A program made the position numbers and the translations under genes. From the NCBI GenBank assembly GCA_948444845.1, contig CAOJVB010000005.1:3779-67778 (forward strand): 64,000 bases of DNA. Direction: 5' to 3'. The notes beneath the pieces were generated by a model. The model was not told the origin of the DNA. It did no database searches and saw only the letters and a program-made list of their open reading frames with translations. This DNA comes from an uncultured Clostridiaceae bacterium. Lineage in GTDB: Bacteria; Bacillota; Clostridia; TANB77; CAG-508. Below, piece after piece: positions 1 through 11,295 of the stretch. Within the stretch, counting starts at the first letter, position 1; each line of letters opens with the position of its first letter.

Positions 1-186
1 ATATGGTTTTGCCATTTAGAAAATTTGAATATTAAATATTCTTGAATAACATACAAATAATAAGAATAGAGGGGTAATATAAGAGAAGAAATGTATAAAA
101 TTAAGAGCAAATCAAAAATAAACATACATAATATGACTACAAATATATAACCTTAAAATTCTGAAAAAAGAAAGAAGGAATAAAAT

Positions 187-1293
187 ATGAAGAAATTTTT
201 TACATCAGAAAGCGTAACAGAAGGTCACCCAGATAAACTATGTGACCTAATTTCAGATAGCATTTTAGATAGCTATTTAGAAAAAGATGAGAATTCAAGA
301 GTAGCAGTAGAAACATTTGCATCAAAAAACCTAATAGTAGTAGCAGGGCAAATAACATCAAAAGGAGAAGTTGATATAGAAAATCTAGTAAGAAAAATAA
401 TTAAATATATAGGTTATTACAATAGTGAGTTAGACATAGATTATAAAACTTGCAAAATAATAACAAATATAACAAAACAAAGCACTGACATAGGAATGGG
501 AGTGGATATAGGAGGAGCAGGAGACCAAGGAATAATGTTTGGATATGCTTGCGATGAAACTGAAAACTATATGCCCTATGCAATAAATATGGCACATAAA
601 CTATCAAAAGAATTAACAAATGTACGAAAAGGAGGAAAAATAAAAGGCCTAAGACCAGATGGAAAAGTACAAGTTACAGTAGAATATGAAGGAAATAAAG
701 TAGAAAGAATTGACACAATACTAATATCCACACAGCATGAAGAAAATGTGGATATCGACAATCTAAAACAAGAAATAATAGAAAAAATAATAGACAAAAT
801 AGTACCTAAAAATATGATAGACGAAAATACAAAAATATATATAAATCCAACAGGAAGATTTGTAATAGGAGGTCCATTAGGAGATACAGGTCTAACCGGC
901 AGAAAAATAATAGTAGATACTTACGGTGGCTATGCAAGACACGGAGGAGGAGCATTTTCGGGAAAAGACGCAAGTAAAGTAGATAGGTCAGCAGCATACA
1001 TGTTAAGGCACATAGCCAAAAACATAGTAGCAAATGGATATGCCCAAAAATGCGAAATACAAATATCATATGCAATTGGTGTTGAGAAGCCAACATCAAT
1101 ATTAGTAGAAACCTTTGGAACAAACACAATACCAGAAGAACAAATAGTAGAAAAAATAAAAACTAAATTTGACTTAACACCAAATGGAATAATAAAATAT
1201 TTATGTTTAAACAAGCCAATTTATGCAAAAACAACAAACTATGGGCATTTTGGAAAAGAAGAATTAGAGTGGGAGAAAGTTATAAAATTATAA
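187..1293 (+). CDS. metK: S-adenosylmethionine synthetase
   Basis: FTSESVTEGHPDK, GAGDQG, GLTGRKIIVDTYGG and GGGAFSGKD motifs; AAGGA RBS. Confidence 0.98.
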   Translation: MKKFFTSESVTEGHPDKLCDLISDSILDSYLEKDENSRVAVETFASKNLIVVAGQITSKGEVDIENLVRKIIKYIGYYNSELDIDYKTCKIITNITKQSTDIGMGVDIGGAGDQGIMFGYACDETENYMPYAINMAHKLSKELTNVRKGGKIKGLRPDGKVQVTVEYEGNKVERIDTILISTQHEENVDIDNLKQEIIEKIIDKIVPKNMIDENTKIYINPTGRFVIGGPLGDTGLTGRKIIVDTYGGYARHGGGAFSGKDASKVDRSAAYMLRHIAKNIVANGYAQKCEIQISYAIGVEKPTSILVETFGTNTIPEEQIVEKIKTKFDLTPNGIIKYLCLNKPIYAKTTNYGHFGKEELEWEKVIKL

Positions 1294-1391
1294 ATAAACA
1301 TAATGCTTGATTTTTATATATAATTATGTTAAAATGTGAACGAAAACGTTTAAACATTCATTTTGCAATTGCAAAAGAAGGAGGACAAAAT

Positions 1392-2243
1392 ATGAAATCT
1401 AAAAAATTAATGTTGTATTTACGGACAAAAATAGGTACAAGAAATTTTTATGAAGATATTACCTTTAAAGGAGATAGTACTGAACTAAAAATGCACATGT
1501 TAAAATGGTGCGATAACTTAGGAAAATATAAAGAGCTTAAGATTAATCAATTTAAGGAGTTGCTATTGCCTTTAAATGAAATCGTTTTTCCAATCAAAAT
1601 TAACAAGTTTTTTTGTAGATCAGGTAGAAGATTAGATATAGACTTTACAGATAGTGAAGGAAAGAATTATTACATGATACAGGATACTATATATGACTAT
1701 AATTCGATGAACACCTATACAATAGGAAGAAGAAATAGTAAGTTAGAACCATTACTGGACAGAGATTTTACCTTTGAAATTTTAGAAGATAGCATACACA
1801 TAATTAAATCAGGTGTATTGAAACTAAAAGAAGATGGTAAAAATGATGAAATAGCAGTTGATTTTATATATAAGAAGGAAGAAAATATTACACAAGCTAC
1901 ATTAAAATCATATGTAACTAACAGAACTATAAAAATTCAATATCCAACAATTGGTATGGAATTTGATAAAGATGTTCTAGAATTTCTTTTCAAAATTAAT
2001 GAAGAACATTGGTATTATTATGATGTTTTTCCAATATTGCGATGGATATCAACTGTATTAGAAGAACCTATTTGTGTTTCTATAACAGCAGAAGTCGAAA
2101 AAGAAATATCCTCAGAAATAGATGTAGTAAAAGGAAGGGTTCAAAGATATACATTAACAGAAATAATAAATGAAGGAGAAGTACATATAACAAAGAAAAT
2201 TTTTAATAAGGATTTAGAAGAGTTTTTGTACACAAAAGAATAA
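1392..2243 (+). CDS. hypothetical protein (orphan-like)
   Basis: Long ORF with GGAGG RBS before ATG 1392 and a hairpin terminator after; no motif recognised; in-frame CGG at 1422. Confidence 0.7.
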   Translation: MKSKKLMLYLRTKIGTRNFYEDITFKGDSTELKMHMLKWCDNLGKYKELKINQFKELLLPLNEIVFPIKINKFFCRSGRRLDIDFTDSEGKNYYMIQDTIYDYNSMNTYTIGRRNSKLEPLLDRDFTFEILEDSIHIIKSGVLKLKEDGKNDEIAVDFIYKKEENITQATLKSYVTNRTIKIQYPTIGMEFDKDVLEFLFKINEEHWYYYDVFPILRWISTVLEEPICVSITAEVEKEISSEIDVVKGRVQRYTLTEIINEGEVHITKKIFNKDLEEFLYTKE

Positions 2244-2247
2244 TTTA

Positions 2248-2273
2248 AAGGCGAATGGGATTCCATTCGCCTT
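2248..2273 (+). terminator. intrinsic terminator-like hairpin
   Basis: aaggcgaatgg...ccattcgcctt inverted repeat directly after the stop codon. Confidence 0.65.
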
Positions 2274-2381
2274 ATATAATGTTTTTTTGATATTTGACAT
2301 AAAAACAAGATATATGATAAAATACTAACAAATTTGTATAAATATAAACCTAATTAAATAATTTTAAAGGAGGTATAACCT

Positions 2382-2963
2382 ATGAAAATAATTGGAGTAA
2401 CAGGAAAATCTGGAAGTGGAAAAACCACCTTTGCAAAATTACTAGCAAAGAAATTAAATTGTGAGTATATAGATATAGATAAAATAAGTCATATGCCATT
2501 AAAAAAGCCAGAAATAATTCGTATATTATGTGAAAAATTCGGAAATGAAATACTAGATGAAAGCGGAAATATAGACAGAAAGAAAATGGGAAATATAGTT
2601 TTTTCAGATGAAGAAAAGCTAAACGAGTTAAAGAAGATAACAGAGGCAGATGCATACAAAGAGTTAGATACCATATTAGCTAATTCAAATAGCAATGCAA
2701 TAGTTTTAGAATGGATAAAATTACCTACTATTAAGTATTGGCAAAAATGTGACTCAAAAATATTAGTTAAAGCAGACCAAGAAAAAAGAAAAGAAAGAGT
2801 GATACAAAGAGATAACATCTCAGAAAAATACTTTGAAAAAAGAGATTCAGCAAGTATAGAATATAAAGAAGCCGAATTTAACTATATTTTTGAAAATGAC
2901 TACAATGAACAAAAAATGGAAGAAACTATTAATATGATAATTGGCAAAATTATGGAGGATTAA
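2382..2963 (+). CDS. coaE: dephospho-CoA kinase
   Basis: IGVTGKSGSGKTT P-loop, ID.DKI and FG.EILDESGNIDRKKMG.IVF signature. Confidence 0.9.
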   Translation: MKIIGVTGKSGSGKTTFAKLLAKKLNCEYIDIDKISHMPLKKPEIIRILCEKFGNEILDESGNIDRKKMGNIVFSDEEKLNELKKITEADAYKELDTILANSNSNAIVLEWIKLPTIKYWQKCDSKILVKADQEKRKERVIQRDNISEKYFEKRDSASIEYKEAEFNYIFENDYNEQKMEETINMIIGKIMED

Positions 2964-2968
2964 AAACT

Positions 2969-3715
2969 ATGAAATTAAAAGTATTAGGAACACAATCACC
3001 ATACAACACCAAAAAACACAACTGCCCAGGATTTTTTATACAAGAAGGTGAAAACTTGCTAATGCTAGACTGCGGAAGCGGAACCCATAAAATGTTAAAA
3101 TATCCTAAAGACTTGAAAAACTTATCAGTAATTATAAGTCACTTACACAGAGACCACTATAATGATATTTATAACTTACAATATGCATCTTTTGTATTTC
3201 ATAATCAAAAAAGAATTGATAGCCCAATCAATATATATCTTCCACAATCACCAAACAGTATAAATGAAGATATAAAAGCAGAAAGCAATTCATTTGCAAA
3301 CTATCATGAAATTTCTGAAAATACAAAAATAAACATAGGAAACATGCAAGTAACATTTTGCACTACAGACCATCCAGTAGAAACTTATGCCATAAAAGTT
3401 ACAAATGGAAAAACAAGTATAGTATATACTTCAGACACATCATTTACAAGTAAAGATAGAATAGTACAATTTGCAAAAGGAGCATACTTACTAATATGTG
3501 AAGCAAGTTTGCTAGAAAGCTATGGTTTCCCTGAAATTAACTCACACTTAACAGCCAAACAAGCAGGAATAATTGCAAAAGAAGCTAAAGTAAAGGAACT
3601 AATGCTAACTCACTTTTGGCCAGAAGAAAATACAATACAATACTTAAAAGAGGCAAAGAAAGAATTCAAAAGAGTAGTTATAGCCAAAGAAGGAAGGTCT
3701 AAAAAAATTAATTAA
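2969..3715 (+). CDS. MBL-fold metallo-hydrolase (RNase Z/YhfI-like)
   Basis: LDCGSG, SHLHRDH, YTSDT, HLT and LTHFWP motifs. Confidence 0.88.
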   Translation: MKLKVLGTQSPYNTKKHNCPGFFIQEGENLLMLDCGSGTHKMLKYPKDLKNLSVIISHLHRDHYNDIYNLQYASFVFHNQKRIDSPINIYLPQSPNSINEDIKAESNSFANYHEISENTKINIGNMQVTFCTTDHPVETYAIKVTNGKTSIVYTSDTSFTSKDRIVQFAKGAYLLICEASLLESYGFPEINSHLTAKQAGIIAKEAKVKELMLTHFWPEENTIQYLKEAKKEFKRVVIAKEGRSKKIN

Positions 3716-3723
3716 ATGTAAAT

Positions 3724-3761
3724 AAAGTAAAGTGCTGAGCCTAGACTCAGCACTTTACTTT
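3724..3761. terminator. bidirectional terminator between convergent genes
   Basis: aaagtaaagtgctgag-N6-ctcagcactttacttt perfect 16-bp inverted repeat. Confidence 0.8.
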
Positions 3762-4238
3762 TTATACCTTACTTTTCATTACTACTTCCAAAACTTCCTT
3801 AGGAAGGTATTCAGAAACATCTACGCCATTTTTAAGAAATTCCATAACCATACTAGAACTAACAATTCCAAAATCACCAGCTCTAAGATAAATAGTATCT
3901 AATCCAGAAAACTGTTTATTAATTATAGCCATATTTTCCTCATAAAGATAATCATAATTATTTCGAATACCTCTTATAAGAAGGGTTGCATTGTTATCAA
4001 GAGCTGCCTTAACAGTCAAGCCTTCATAAGTTATAACAGTTACATTAGAAAGTCCTTCACGAATTAGAACCTTCTCAATAGTTTCTTTCATCAACTCCTT
4101 ATCAAATCTACGTTTCTTATCAGAATTGGTACCAATTCCAATAACAACTTTTTCGCATAATCTAAGAGCTTCCTTAGTTACATGCAAGTGTCCAACAGTA
4201 AAAGGGTCAAAGCTACCTGAATAAAAACCAATTTCCAT
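3762..4238 (-). CDS. coaD: phosphopantetheine adenylyltransferase
   Basis: YSGSFDPFTVGH, IRGIR...DY.YE and VSSSMV motifs. Confidence 0.93.
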   Translation of the reverse strand: MEIGFYSGSFDPFTVGHLHVTKEALRLCEKVVIGIGTNSDKKRRFDKELMKETIEKVLIREGLSNVTVITYEGLTVKAALDNNATLLIRGIRNNYDYLYEENMAIINKQFSGLDTIYLRAGDFGIVSSSMVMEFLKNGVDVSEYLPKEVLEVVMKSKV

Positions 4239-4439
4239 ATAAAATACCTCCTTTTAGGTAATAGAAAAGATATACCCATTAAAAATTTTATTTTGGGTAA
4301 TTAAATTAAAATGCTTTTGACATTATAGCACAATATACATAAAACCTCAATAGAAAATAATAAATTTAAGTAAACCTACAAATTTCTACAATAAACGCAA
4401 ATGAAATATAGTATAATATAAAAATAAGGAGGAAGAATT

Positions 4440-4823
4440 ATGGATTTAAATATATTAAAAAATATAAAAGAAGACATAGAAAATAAATTTGATGTAAAAG
4501 CTTTTATAGAAGAATTAACAAATTATTTGAAAAATATGGAAACACCAAAGATAAAAGAAAATGAAAATATTTCAGAAATAGATGTAGATGAAGAATTGCA
4601 AAATTACAGAAAAGAAGGACACCTATATTTAGTAACAGAAGATAGAAATAATGAAATCTATTTATGCGACTATACTGAGAAATCAAAAATAGAATTTAAA
4701 GAAAAAATAACAGATAAAGACCTACTAAATGTAGCAAAAGAAGGAGCGATGCTACAATATAAAAATGGAAAATACGAATTATATTCAGAAAATGGATATG
4801 ATATGTTCTTTGAAGAAAATTAA
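4440..4823 (+). CDS. hypothetical protein
   Basis: ORF with AAGGAGG RBS; acidic; no motif recognised. Confidence 0.7.
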   Translation: MDLNILKNIKEDIENKFDVKAFIEELTNYLKNMETPKIKENENISEIDVDEELQNYRKEGHLYLVTEDRNNEIYLCDYTEKSKIEFKEKITDKDLLNVAKEGAMLQYKNGKYELYSENGYDMFFEEN

Positions 4824-4893
4824 AATAAAACTTTTATATATTTTTTTATTATGTTATACTACCTATATAAGAATAGGAAAGGTAAAAATCAAA

Positions 4894-5631
4894 ATGAAAA
4901 ATAATAAAAAAATAAATAATCTAACAAATAAATTAGTTCTAGTCATTTTAGTTATTATAATAGGAACAATAGGTTATTTTTTTGAAGGCGGAAATTATAA
5001 TGACAATATTCAAAATGTAAATACATTAGCATTTGATATACAATCGATTCCAGAATATGAAAAATCTCCATACATAATAATAAATAACAATATGCCATCT
5101 TTTGAAGAAGCAGACTATACACAAAAAGCATTTGAAAAATATAGCCCATTAGATAGTTTAGGTAGGTGTGGTGTAGCATATGCCAATATATGCAAAGAAA
5201 TAATGCCAGCAAAAGGAGAAAAAAGAGAAGCCATAGGAATGATAAAACCATCAGGTTGGCAAACAGTAAAATATGAAGGAATAGTAGAAGGAAATTACCT
5301 ATACAATAGGTGCCACCTAATAGGTTACCAACTAGCAGGAGAAAACGCAAATGAAAAAAACTTAATAACTGGAACTCGATATATGAACGTAGAAGGAATG
5401 CTACCATTCGAAAACAAAGTAGCAGACTATATAGAAGAAAAACCAGAAAACCATGTTTTATATAGAGTTACACCAGTATTCCAAGAAAATAACCTAGTAG
5501 CAAGTGGAGTACAAATAGAAGCGTATTCTATTGAAGATAATGGAAAGGGAGTATGTTTTAATGTATATATATACAATGTTCAACCAGGTATAAAAATAGA
5601 CTATGCTACTGGAAAAAGTGAATTGGAATAA
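4894..5631 (+). CDS. membrane-anchored DNA/RNA non-specific endonuclease (EndA-like)
   Basis: N-terminal TM segment; LDSLGRCG, YNRCHLIGYQL and NLITGTRYMN motifs. Confidence 0.88.
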   Translation: MKNNKKINNLTNKLVLVILVIIIGTIGYFFEGGNYNDNIQNVNTLAFDIQSIPEYEKSPYIIINNNMPSFEEADYTQKAFEKYSPLDSLGRCGVAYANICKEIMPAKGEKREAIGMIKPSGWQTVKYEGIVEGNYLYNRCHLIGYQLAGENANEKNLITGTRYMNVEGMLPFENKVADYIEEKPENHVLYRVTPVFQENNLVASGVQIEAYSIEDNGKGVCFNVYIYNVQPGIKIDYATGKSELE

Positions 5632-5728
5632 AAATTAAATAATTTTATTGCTTTATGTTAAACCTTGTGATATAATGCAATGCAGTAACAATAGTAGAAA
5701 CCTAATAACTTTATAAGGAGGAAACAAT

Positions 5729-6334
5729 ATGAGTGAATACAAAATGAATCAGTACGATTTACAAAGTTATTTTAAAAGTTTATGCAATAGCTTTTATATT
5801 GCATATGAACAAGTAAAGCGGTTAGAAAAAGAAGAGGATGCTTTAGTAAACGATTATAATGAAGAAGATTTAGAAATGGTAAAAAGTCTTCTCGAAATCT
5901 CAGTAGATGATAGTACGCAAAATAAGTATATCACTTATAAGTATTCATATGAAGAATTAGAAAAAGAAAAAGAACGACTAGAAGCGGAAGAGCAAGAGTT
6001 TGATAGAAAAACTGAAGAGCTGGGGAAAATATGTAGTTATTGGTCTAATAATATGTGGAAAGACTTTGAAGCCATTAAAAGTGTTTTATATACAATAAAA
6101 GATAATGGTTTTTCAATTATTGTAACTACAAAAGCAGAAATATATGCGCTCATAAGATTTTATTATACTTATAAAGTGAAAGACTACCCTATTATTAATA
6201 TGGAAGAAGAATACAGGCAAGCATTCCCTACTATAGAAGAGTTGAGTGATGACTTCCTTTTTGCATATGAAGAAGCTCTCAATGAAAATGGATTCCCCAA
6301 TACTATGGACTTGCTATATGATAAATATTTCTAA
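5729..6334 (+). CDS. hypothetical acidic coiled-coil protein
   Basis: ORF with AGGAGG RBS; no motif recognised; in-frame CGG at 5819. Confidence 0.7.
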   Translation: MSEYKMNQYDLQSYFKSLCNSFYIAYEQVKRLEKEEDALVNDYNEEDLEMVKSLLEISVDDSTQNKYITYKYSYEELEKEKERLEAEEQEFDRKTEELGKICSYWSNNMWKDFEAIKSVLYTIKDNGFSIIVTTKAEIYALIRFYYTYKVKDYPIINMEEEYRQAFPTIEELSDDFLFAYEEALNENGFPNTMDLLYDKYF

Positions 6335-6505
6335 CTAAAGTATGCCACCAACTGTACTTAAATAAGTAACAGTTGGTGTTTTTTCTTTTTTTTAATGTAG
6401 GGGAGAGCACAAGGTCTGAATCATATAGCAATAAGAAATTGTTGATACAAATTGAAAAAATACTAGCTTAACGAATCTACCTTTATTCTTTAAGTGAATT
6501 ATGTA

Positions 6506-8000
6506 TTAAAATTTCAAATCACTCTTAACCAACCCTCTAAGTAAAACAATAGTAGCAAAGTAACAAATACAAAAAATTAAAATTTGAAATACCAATTCAA
6601 AAATACTATTAGGGCTATAATTCCTAAAAATCAAATTAAGTAAAAACACTGCAAAGCAAGGTTTTATCAGCCAATTTGCAAAATCTATTTTAAGCTTAGT
6701 TTCTTTAATTAGTAGAAGCAAACTAACCAATCCATTTAAAATTTCACTAATAAAAAGCACAACAATATAACCTTTTATACCCTGAATAGGTAGTAAAAAA
6801 TAAATAAAAGTTATACTCGTAAATAAATCCAAGATATTAATTCCCATAACAGCAACTTGCTTATCTAATCCTTTTAAAATACCATCAACAACATTATCAA
6901 TATACATTAAAACAATAAGAGGAGAAAGCACTTTTATAAAAATAGAAACATTTGCCTCACTATAAATACTACTAGAAAGCTCCTCCGAAAAGCACCAAAA
7001 AATTCCCATAATTAAAAAAGAAAAAATAAAGCAAAACTTAAGTATCTTATTAATAGCAAAATTAATTCTATTATAGCTCCCTTTAGCATTTAAATACGAA
7101 AACTCAGGAATAAGAAGCATACTAAAAGAAGAAATAAAACTGCAAGGAAACATTATTAAAGGCATAGCCATACCATTAATCATACCATACTGTGCTAAAG
7201 CCTTCTCGCACGATATTCCAGACTTCTCCAAACGTATCGGAATAAGAATTTGCTTTAAAGTAGAAAGCCCAGAGCGAACATATGAAGTAAAAGCAATAGG
7301 AAGTGTAATTCTTAAAATTTGCTTTGTATAATTATCGCTTCTATTTATAACATACTTCTTTTTTCTAACATCTCTTTTATAAGAAAAGCCAAGTAATAAA
7401 AAAGAAGCAATTTCAGAAATAGTACTACCTAAAACCAATGAAATACAAGCATATTCAATACCAGAAGGCAAGAAGTAATTAATAAAAAAGCTAACAAAAT
7501 AAATTTGAACAATTTGCCCTAAAACTTGAGAAATCGCTGTTTTCTTAACATTCCTAATAGCCGAAAAATACCCATTTATACTACTACTAACCGACAAAAA
7601 AGGAAGACTAACCGCAATAATTCTAAGAGGCATATAGCTAACCTTAGAATGTAGCCAATAAGTAGAAATAAAAGGAGCAAATAAAAATAACAAAACAGCT
7701 GAAACAGTCCCCATAAATAAGCTATAATTAATACACTTCTTAACGGCAAGTTTCATTCCATCTTCCTTGCCATAAGCCATCTGCTCAGAAACAATTCTAG
7801 AAGTAGCAAGGTTAACCCCTGAACTTGCAAAACACACAAAGAGCATATAAACAGACATAATAAGCTGATAAACCCCGAGCTGCCTCAGCCCCTATTTTAT
7901 TAGAAATATACACACCAAAAAACATACCAATACTTCTAAGCAAAAGAGAAGTACAAGTAAGCAAAATGCCATTAAGTAAAAAAACTTTAACTTTCCTCAA
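6506..8000 (-). CDS. SpoVB-like MATE/MurJ-family flippase, continuous via a +1 shift at CGGG (7877-7874)
   Basis: ORF 7812-8009 joins ORF 6506-7858 as ...ISNKIGAEAA-G-VYQLIMSVY...; about 497 aa multi-TM protein with YGMINGMAMP.IMFP; TTG start at 8000 after AGGTGA (alternative GTG at 8009). Confidence 0.85.
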
Positions 8001-8101
8001 AAAAATCACCTAATTTACTATATTAAGTGAAACTTGCAAAAAGTACTAAAATCACCTTATTTATTAATATTCATATAATAAATAAAAAGGTAGGTGGAAA
8101 A

Positions 8102-9337
8102 ATGAAAAAACGAGTATTTAAAATATTGGTAAGTTTTCTAATAATAGTAACAGCTCCAATGTACATATTAATAGGGCCAGTATATGCATTTTCTCCTTCA
8201 AGTGATGTTATATATGAAGGAATAGATGTAAGCGGATGGCAAGGAAATATAAATTATGAAGCGGTAAAAGAAAGTGGAATAGAAATAGTATATATGAAAG
8301 CAAGTGAAGGAAGCTACTTTGTAGATCCATACTTTAATCAAAATTACGAAAATGCCAAAGCAAGCAATTTAAAAGTAGGCTTTTACCACTATGTAACAGC
8401 AAGAAGCGTAGAAGAAGCAATACAAGAAGCAAACTTCTTTGCAGCAACAATTTCAGGTAAAGTACCAGATTGCAGGTTAGCAATGGACTTTGAAAGTTTT
8501 GGAAATTTAAGCCCAGAAGAAATTACTCAAATTGGATTAGCATTTATGCGAACAGTAGAAAATTTAACTAAAAAAGAAATGGTAATTTATAGTGACACAA
8601 GTAATGCGTCATACAGATTCTATGGAGAACTAACAAGCTATCCTTTATGGGTAGCACAATACGAAGTATCAGAGCCAACACCAAACGGTAACTGGAGTAC
8701 ATGGGTAGGCTGGCAATATTCAGATGCAGGAGAAATACCAGGAATAAGTGGATATGTAGACAGAGATAAATTTACAGACGGAATACTATTAAACAGTTCG
8801 TCAGAAATTCCACTTCCAGATAACTGGGATAAACCAGTAGCAGGAGGAACAAGCACAATAACAATACAAAGAGGCGACACTTTAAGTAGGTTAGCCCTAG
8901 AATATAATACAACGGTATCAAGACTAGTAGAATTAAACAATATAGCAAATCCAAACTTAATTTATACAGGAGAAACTTTAATAGTACCAAGTGGAGAAAC
9001 GCCAACAGACACAGACGGAAATTCAACCTCAGGTCAAACAATATATATTGTAAAAGCAGGAGACACCCTAAACCAAATAGCAGTAAGTTTCGGAACAACA
9101 GCAAGAGCCATAGCAGTAGAAAATGGAATAAGAAACATAAACCTAATATATGTAGGACAAAGGCTAATAATACCAACAAACCGCTACGACCTAAACCACA
9201 CTCTATACAAAATAAGATGGGGAGACACACTATACAGTATATCAAGAAGATACGGAGTACCAATAGCCACAATAGTAAGGCTAAACCGAATTCAAAACCC
9301 AAACCTAATCTACGCCGGCCAAACAATAAGAATTTAG
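8102..9337 (+). CDS. GH25 muramidase with three LysM domains
   Basis: GIDVSGWQG, KASEG, GFYHY, DFE and WQYS motifs, then three GDTL...N.I.NPNLIY.G repeats. Confidence 0.92.
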   Translation: MKKRVFKILVSFLIIVTAPMYILIGPVYAFSPSSDVIYEGIDVSGWQGNINYEAVKESGIEIVYMKASEGSYFVDPYFNQNYENAKASNLKVGFYHYVTARSVEEAIQEANFFAATISGKVPDCRLAMDFESFGNLSPEEITQIGLAFMRTVENLTKKEMVIYSDTSNASYRFYGELTSYPLWVAQYEVSEPTPNGNWSTWVGWQYSDAGEIPGISGYVDRDKFTDGILLNSSSEIPLPDNWDKPVAGGTSTITIQRGDTLSRLALEYNTTVSRLVELNNIANPNLIYTGETLIVPSGETPTDTDGNSTSGQTIYIVKAGDTLNQIAVSFGTTARAIAVENGIRNINLIYVGQRLIIPTNRYDLNHTLYKIRWGDTLYSISRRYGVPIATIVRLNRIQNPNLIYAGQTIRI

Positions 9338-9463
9338 TGTCAATGGGGACGGAGCTTTTTGACAATTTTTTTGTCACTTGGGATACACATTAAAAAAATT
9401 TGAATTATTAAGGTCTGTCCCACTTGACACATTAATTGTCAAAAAGCCCCGTCCCCATTGACA
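9338..9463. mobile_element. 126-bp MITE/REP-like element with 30-bp terminal inverted repeats
   Basis: tgtcaatggggacggagctttttgacaatt ... aattgtcaaaaagccccgtccccattgaca (1 mismatch), plus a nested inner inverted repeat. Confidence 0.7.
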
Positions 9464-9841
9464 ACTAATAAAAAACAAAGAATAGAACAGTATGATTTTA
9501 TAGAAAATACAGAATTTATTTGCTTTAACAAATTTGTTAAAGCAAATAAATATGGAAATAAGAGTCTAAAAGAATATTATATTTCAATAGATATGGCAAA
9601 AGAATTATGTATGATAGAAAATAATAATATGGGTAAAAAACTAAGAAAGTACTTTATAGAAGTAGAAAAAAGATATAGAAGTATAATAGAACAACCACAA
9701 AATATATTTGATATTATGCATTTAGCACTAAAACAAATAGAAGAAAACGAAAAGAAACTTAATTTAGTAGAAAATACATCAAAAGAAAACAAAAAAGAAA
9801 TAGAAAATATATGCTATAAAGTAAAAGATATATATCAATAA
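9458..9841 (+). pseudogene. AntA/AntB-type phage antirepressor fragment
   Basis: RIEQYDFIEN.EF...EYYISIDMAKELCMIE...GKKLRKYFIEVEK; N-terminus missing, no RBS, starts inside the MITE-like element. Confidence 0.7.
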
Positions 9842-10022
9842 CAAAATTATAAATGTTAGTAAAACTAATTTGTATAAAAGATAAGTGAAATATAATAATA
9901 AAGTATTGAAAAATAAAACAAAATATGTTAACATAAATATATATCAAGTTTTAATTTCTGAGCTAAAAACTAACCAAGTAACTATTAATAATTAAGCAAG
10001 CCAAATGGCAGGAGGAAAGCAT

Positions 10023-10442
10023 ATGTATAAAGAAGAGAGAAATGAAGTAACTATTAAATTACCATATCAAATTGGTGAGGTTGTAAAAACATATCAGAAC
10101 GGTCAGCGGTTTACAGACAAAGTAAGACAGTACGTAATAAGTGATGAAATAAATGTAATTTTGGATGTAAATTGTGAAGAAAATAACCAAATGCCACCTA
10201 TTGAGCTCAAGGAATTTAGAAAACAATGGGAAGCAGAAGAAAGAAAGCAGCCTATGGTAATTGAACTGCCATATGCAGTTGATACTGCTGTAAAGAGTGG
10301 AAACCTTAGCGGAAAGATATTCAGCTATACTGTAAGTGATGATAAAACTACAGTTATTGTGCATTTGAAGAAAGAAGGCAGGTCAAAGCTTTCAAATCCA
10401 ATTGAACTGGAAGAGTTTAAAAAGGATTGGAAAAAAGCATAG
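10023..10442 (+). CDS. hypothetical protein with internal two-fold repeat
   Basis: IKLPYQIGEVVK...PIELKEFRKQW versus IELPYAVDTAVK...PIELEEFKKDW; AGGAGG RBS. Confidence 0.72.
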   Translation: MYKEERNEVTIKLPYQIGEVVKTYQNGQRFTDKVRQYVISDEINVILDVNCEENNQMPPIELKEFRKQWEAEERKQPMVIELPYAVDTAVKSGNLSGKIFSYTVSDDKTTVIVHLKKEGRSKLSNPIELEEFKKDWKKA

Positions 10443-10515
10443 TTTAAAAAAAGTAAAAAGGATTTCAAATGAAGTCCTTTTTACTTTTTTATTGAATAGT
10501 AAAAATCGATTTTAA

Positions 10516-10556
10516 TGTAGGGGCGTGGACTCTAAGTCCACCTGCGTAGCGAAGCC
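10516..10556 (+). repeat. GTAG-type REP-like palindrome (representative copy of a dispersed family)
   Basis: TGTAGGGG-hairpin-(GCG..GCGAAGCC); related copies near 6396, 12858, 12916, 18943, 40799, 40880, 45384, 46747, 48030, 55047, 57323 and 57454 (minus). Confidence 0.75.
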
Positions 10557-10623
10557 TCTTTTGTTCTTTTTTATGATTAATTAGCGAGTAACTAAATTTT
10601 GAAATATAAATCAAATATCAAAT

Positions 10624-11082
10624 TTAATTTTTTTCATCTTCTACCTTCTTAATTAGCAAATTGCCATTAAATTTATTTTCTACTATTTTGCAAATTATGT
10701 TTTTAAAAATATAGTGCTGATTCTGGTTAAGCAAATCATCAGGTGTAATTAAATTAATAATATTCACCTTTAAGTCATAATTTCTATTGTGCAAGCAATC
10801 AAAAATAGCACATTCAACTAGCCAATCACTTGCATATAATTCAAACATATGGATTAAACCATCTTCAGAAATATTAAAAGTCTCTAAAAAGTCTTCACAT
10901 ACCAAATCAGTATATGTATCTTTAAAAAGTTTTAAAAGTTCATTTCTGTAGTCTTTTATAAAAGATGTAAGAGCACCTAAAAGTTCATTATTTTGAACTA
11001 TAAAGTTGTATGCATTAAATCCATAGTCAGTATAAGAAAAAGGACCATCTTTTAGTGCAGAGTCAAATTTCTTTCTAAGCAT
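10624..11082 (-). CDS. hypothetical protein
   Basis: ORF with AGGAGGT RBS; no motif recognised. Confidence 0.65.
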   Translation of the reverse strand: MLRKKFDSALKDGPFSYTDYGFNAYNFIVQNNELLGALTSFIKDYRNELLKLFKDTYTDLVCEDFLETFNISEDGLIHMFELYASDWLVECAIFDCLHNRNYDLKVNIINLITPDDLLNQNQHYIFKNIICKIVENKFNGNLLIKKVEDEKN

Positions 11083-11295
11083 AATTATACCTCCTAAAAT
11101 TATTTTAAAGGTTAATGGTTACATAAATTTAAAACATTATATCATAATTTTACAAAAAAGCAATAAAAATGCAAATAAATTTACACAAAACAAATCTAGT
11201 TACCATAAAATATAATATGAAATAAAAAATAATTCCCAAAAGGGACAGATACCCCAAAAGGAAACGTCCCCAATGGGAACAAAGGTAGGTGCAAA

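Noticed and set aside
1-186. SAM riboswitch upstream of metK
   Set aside because: The region is nearly all A/T with no S-box core visible within the window.
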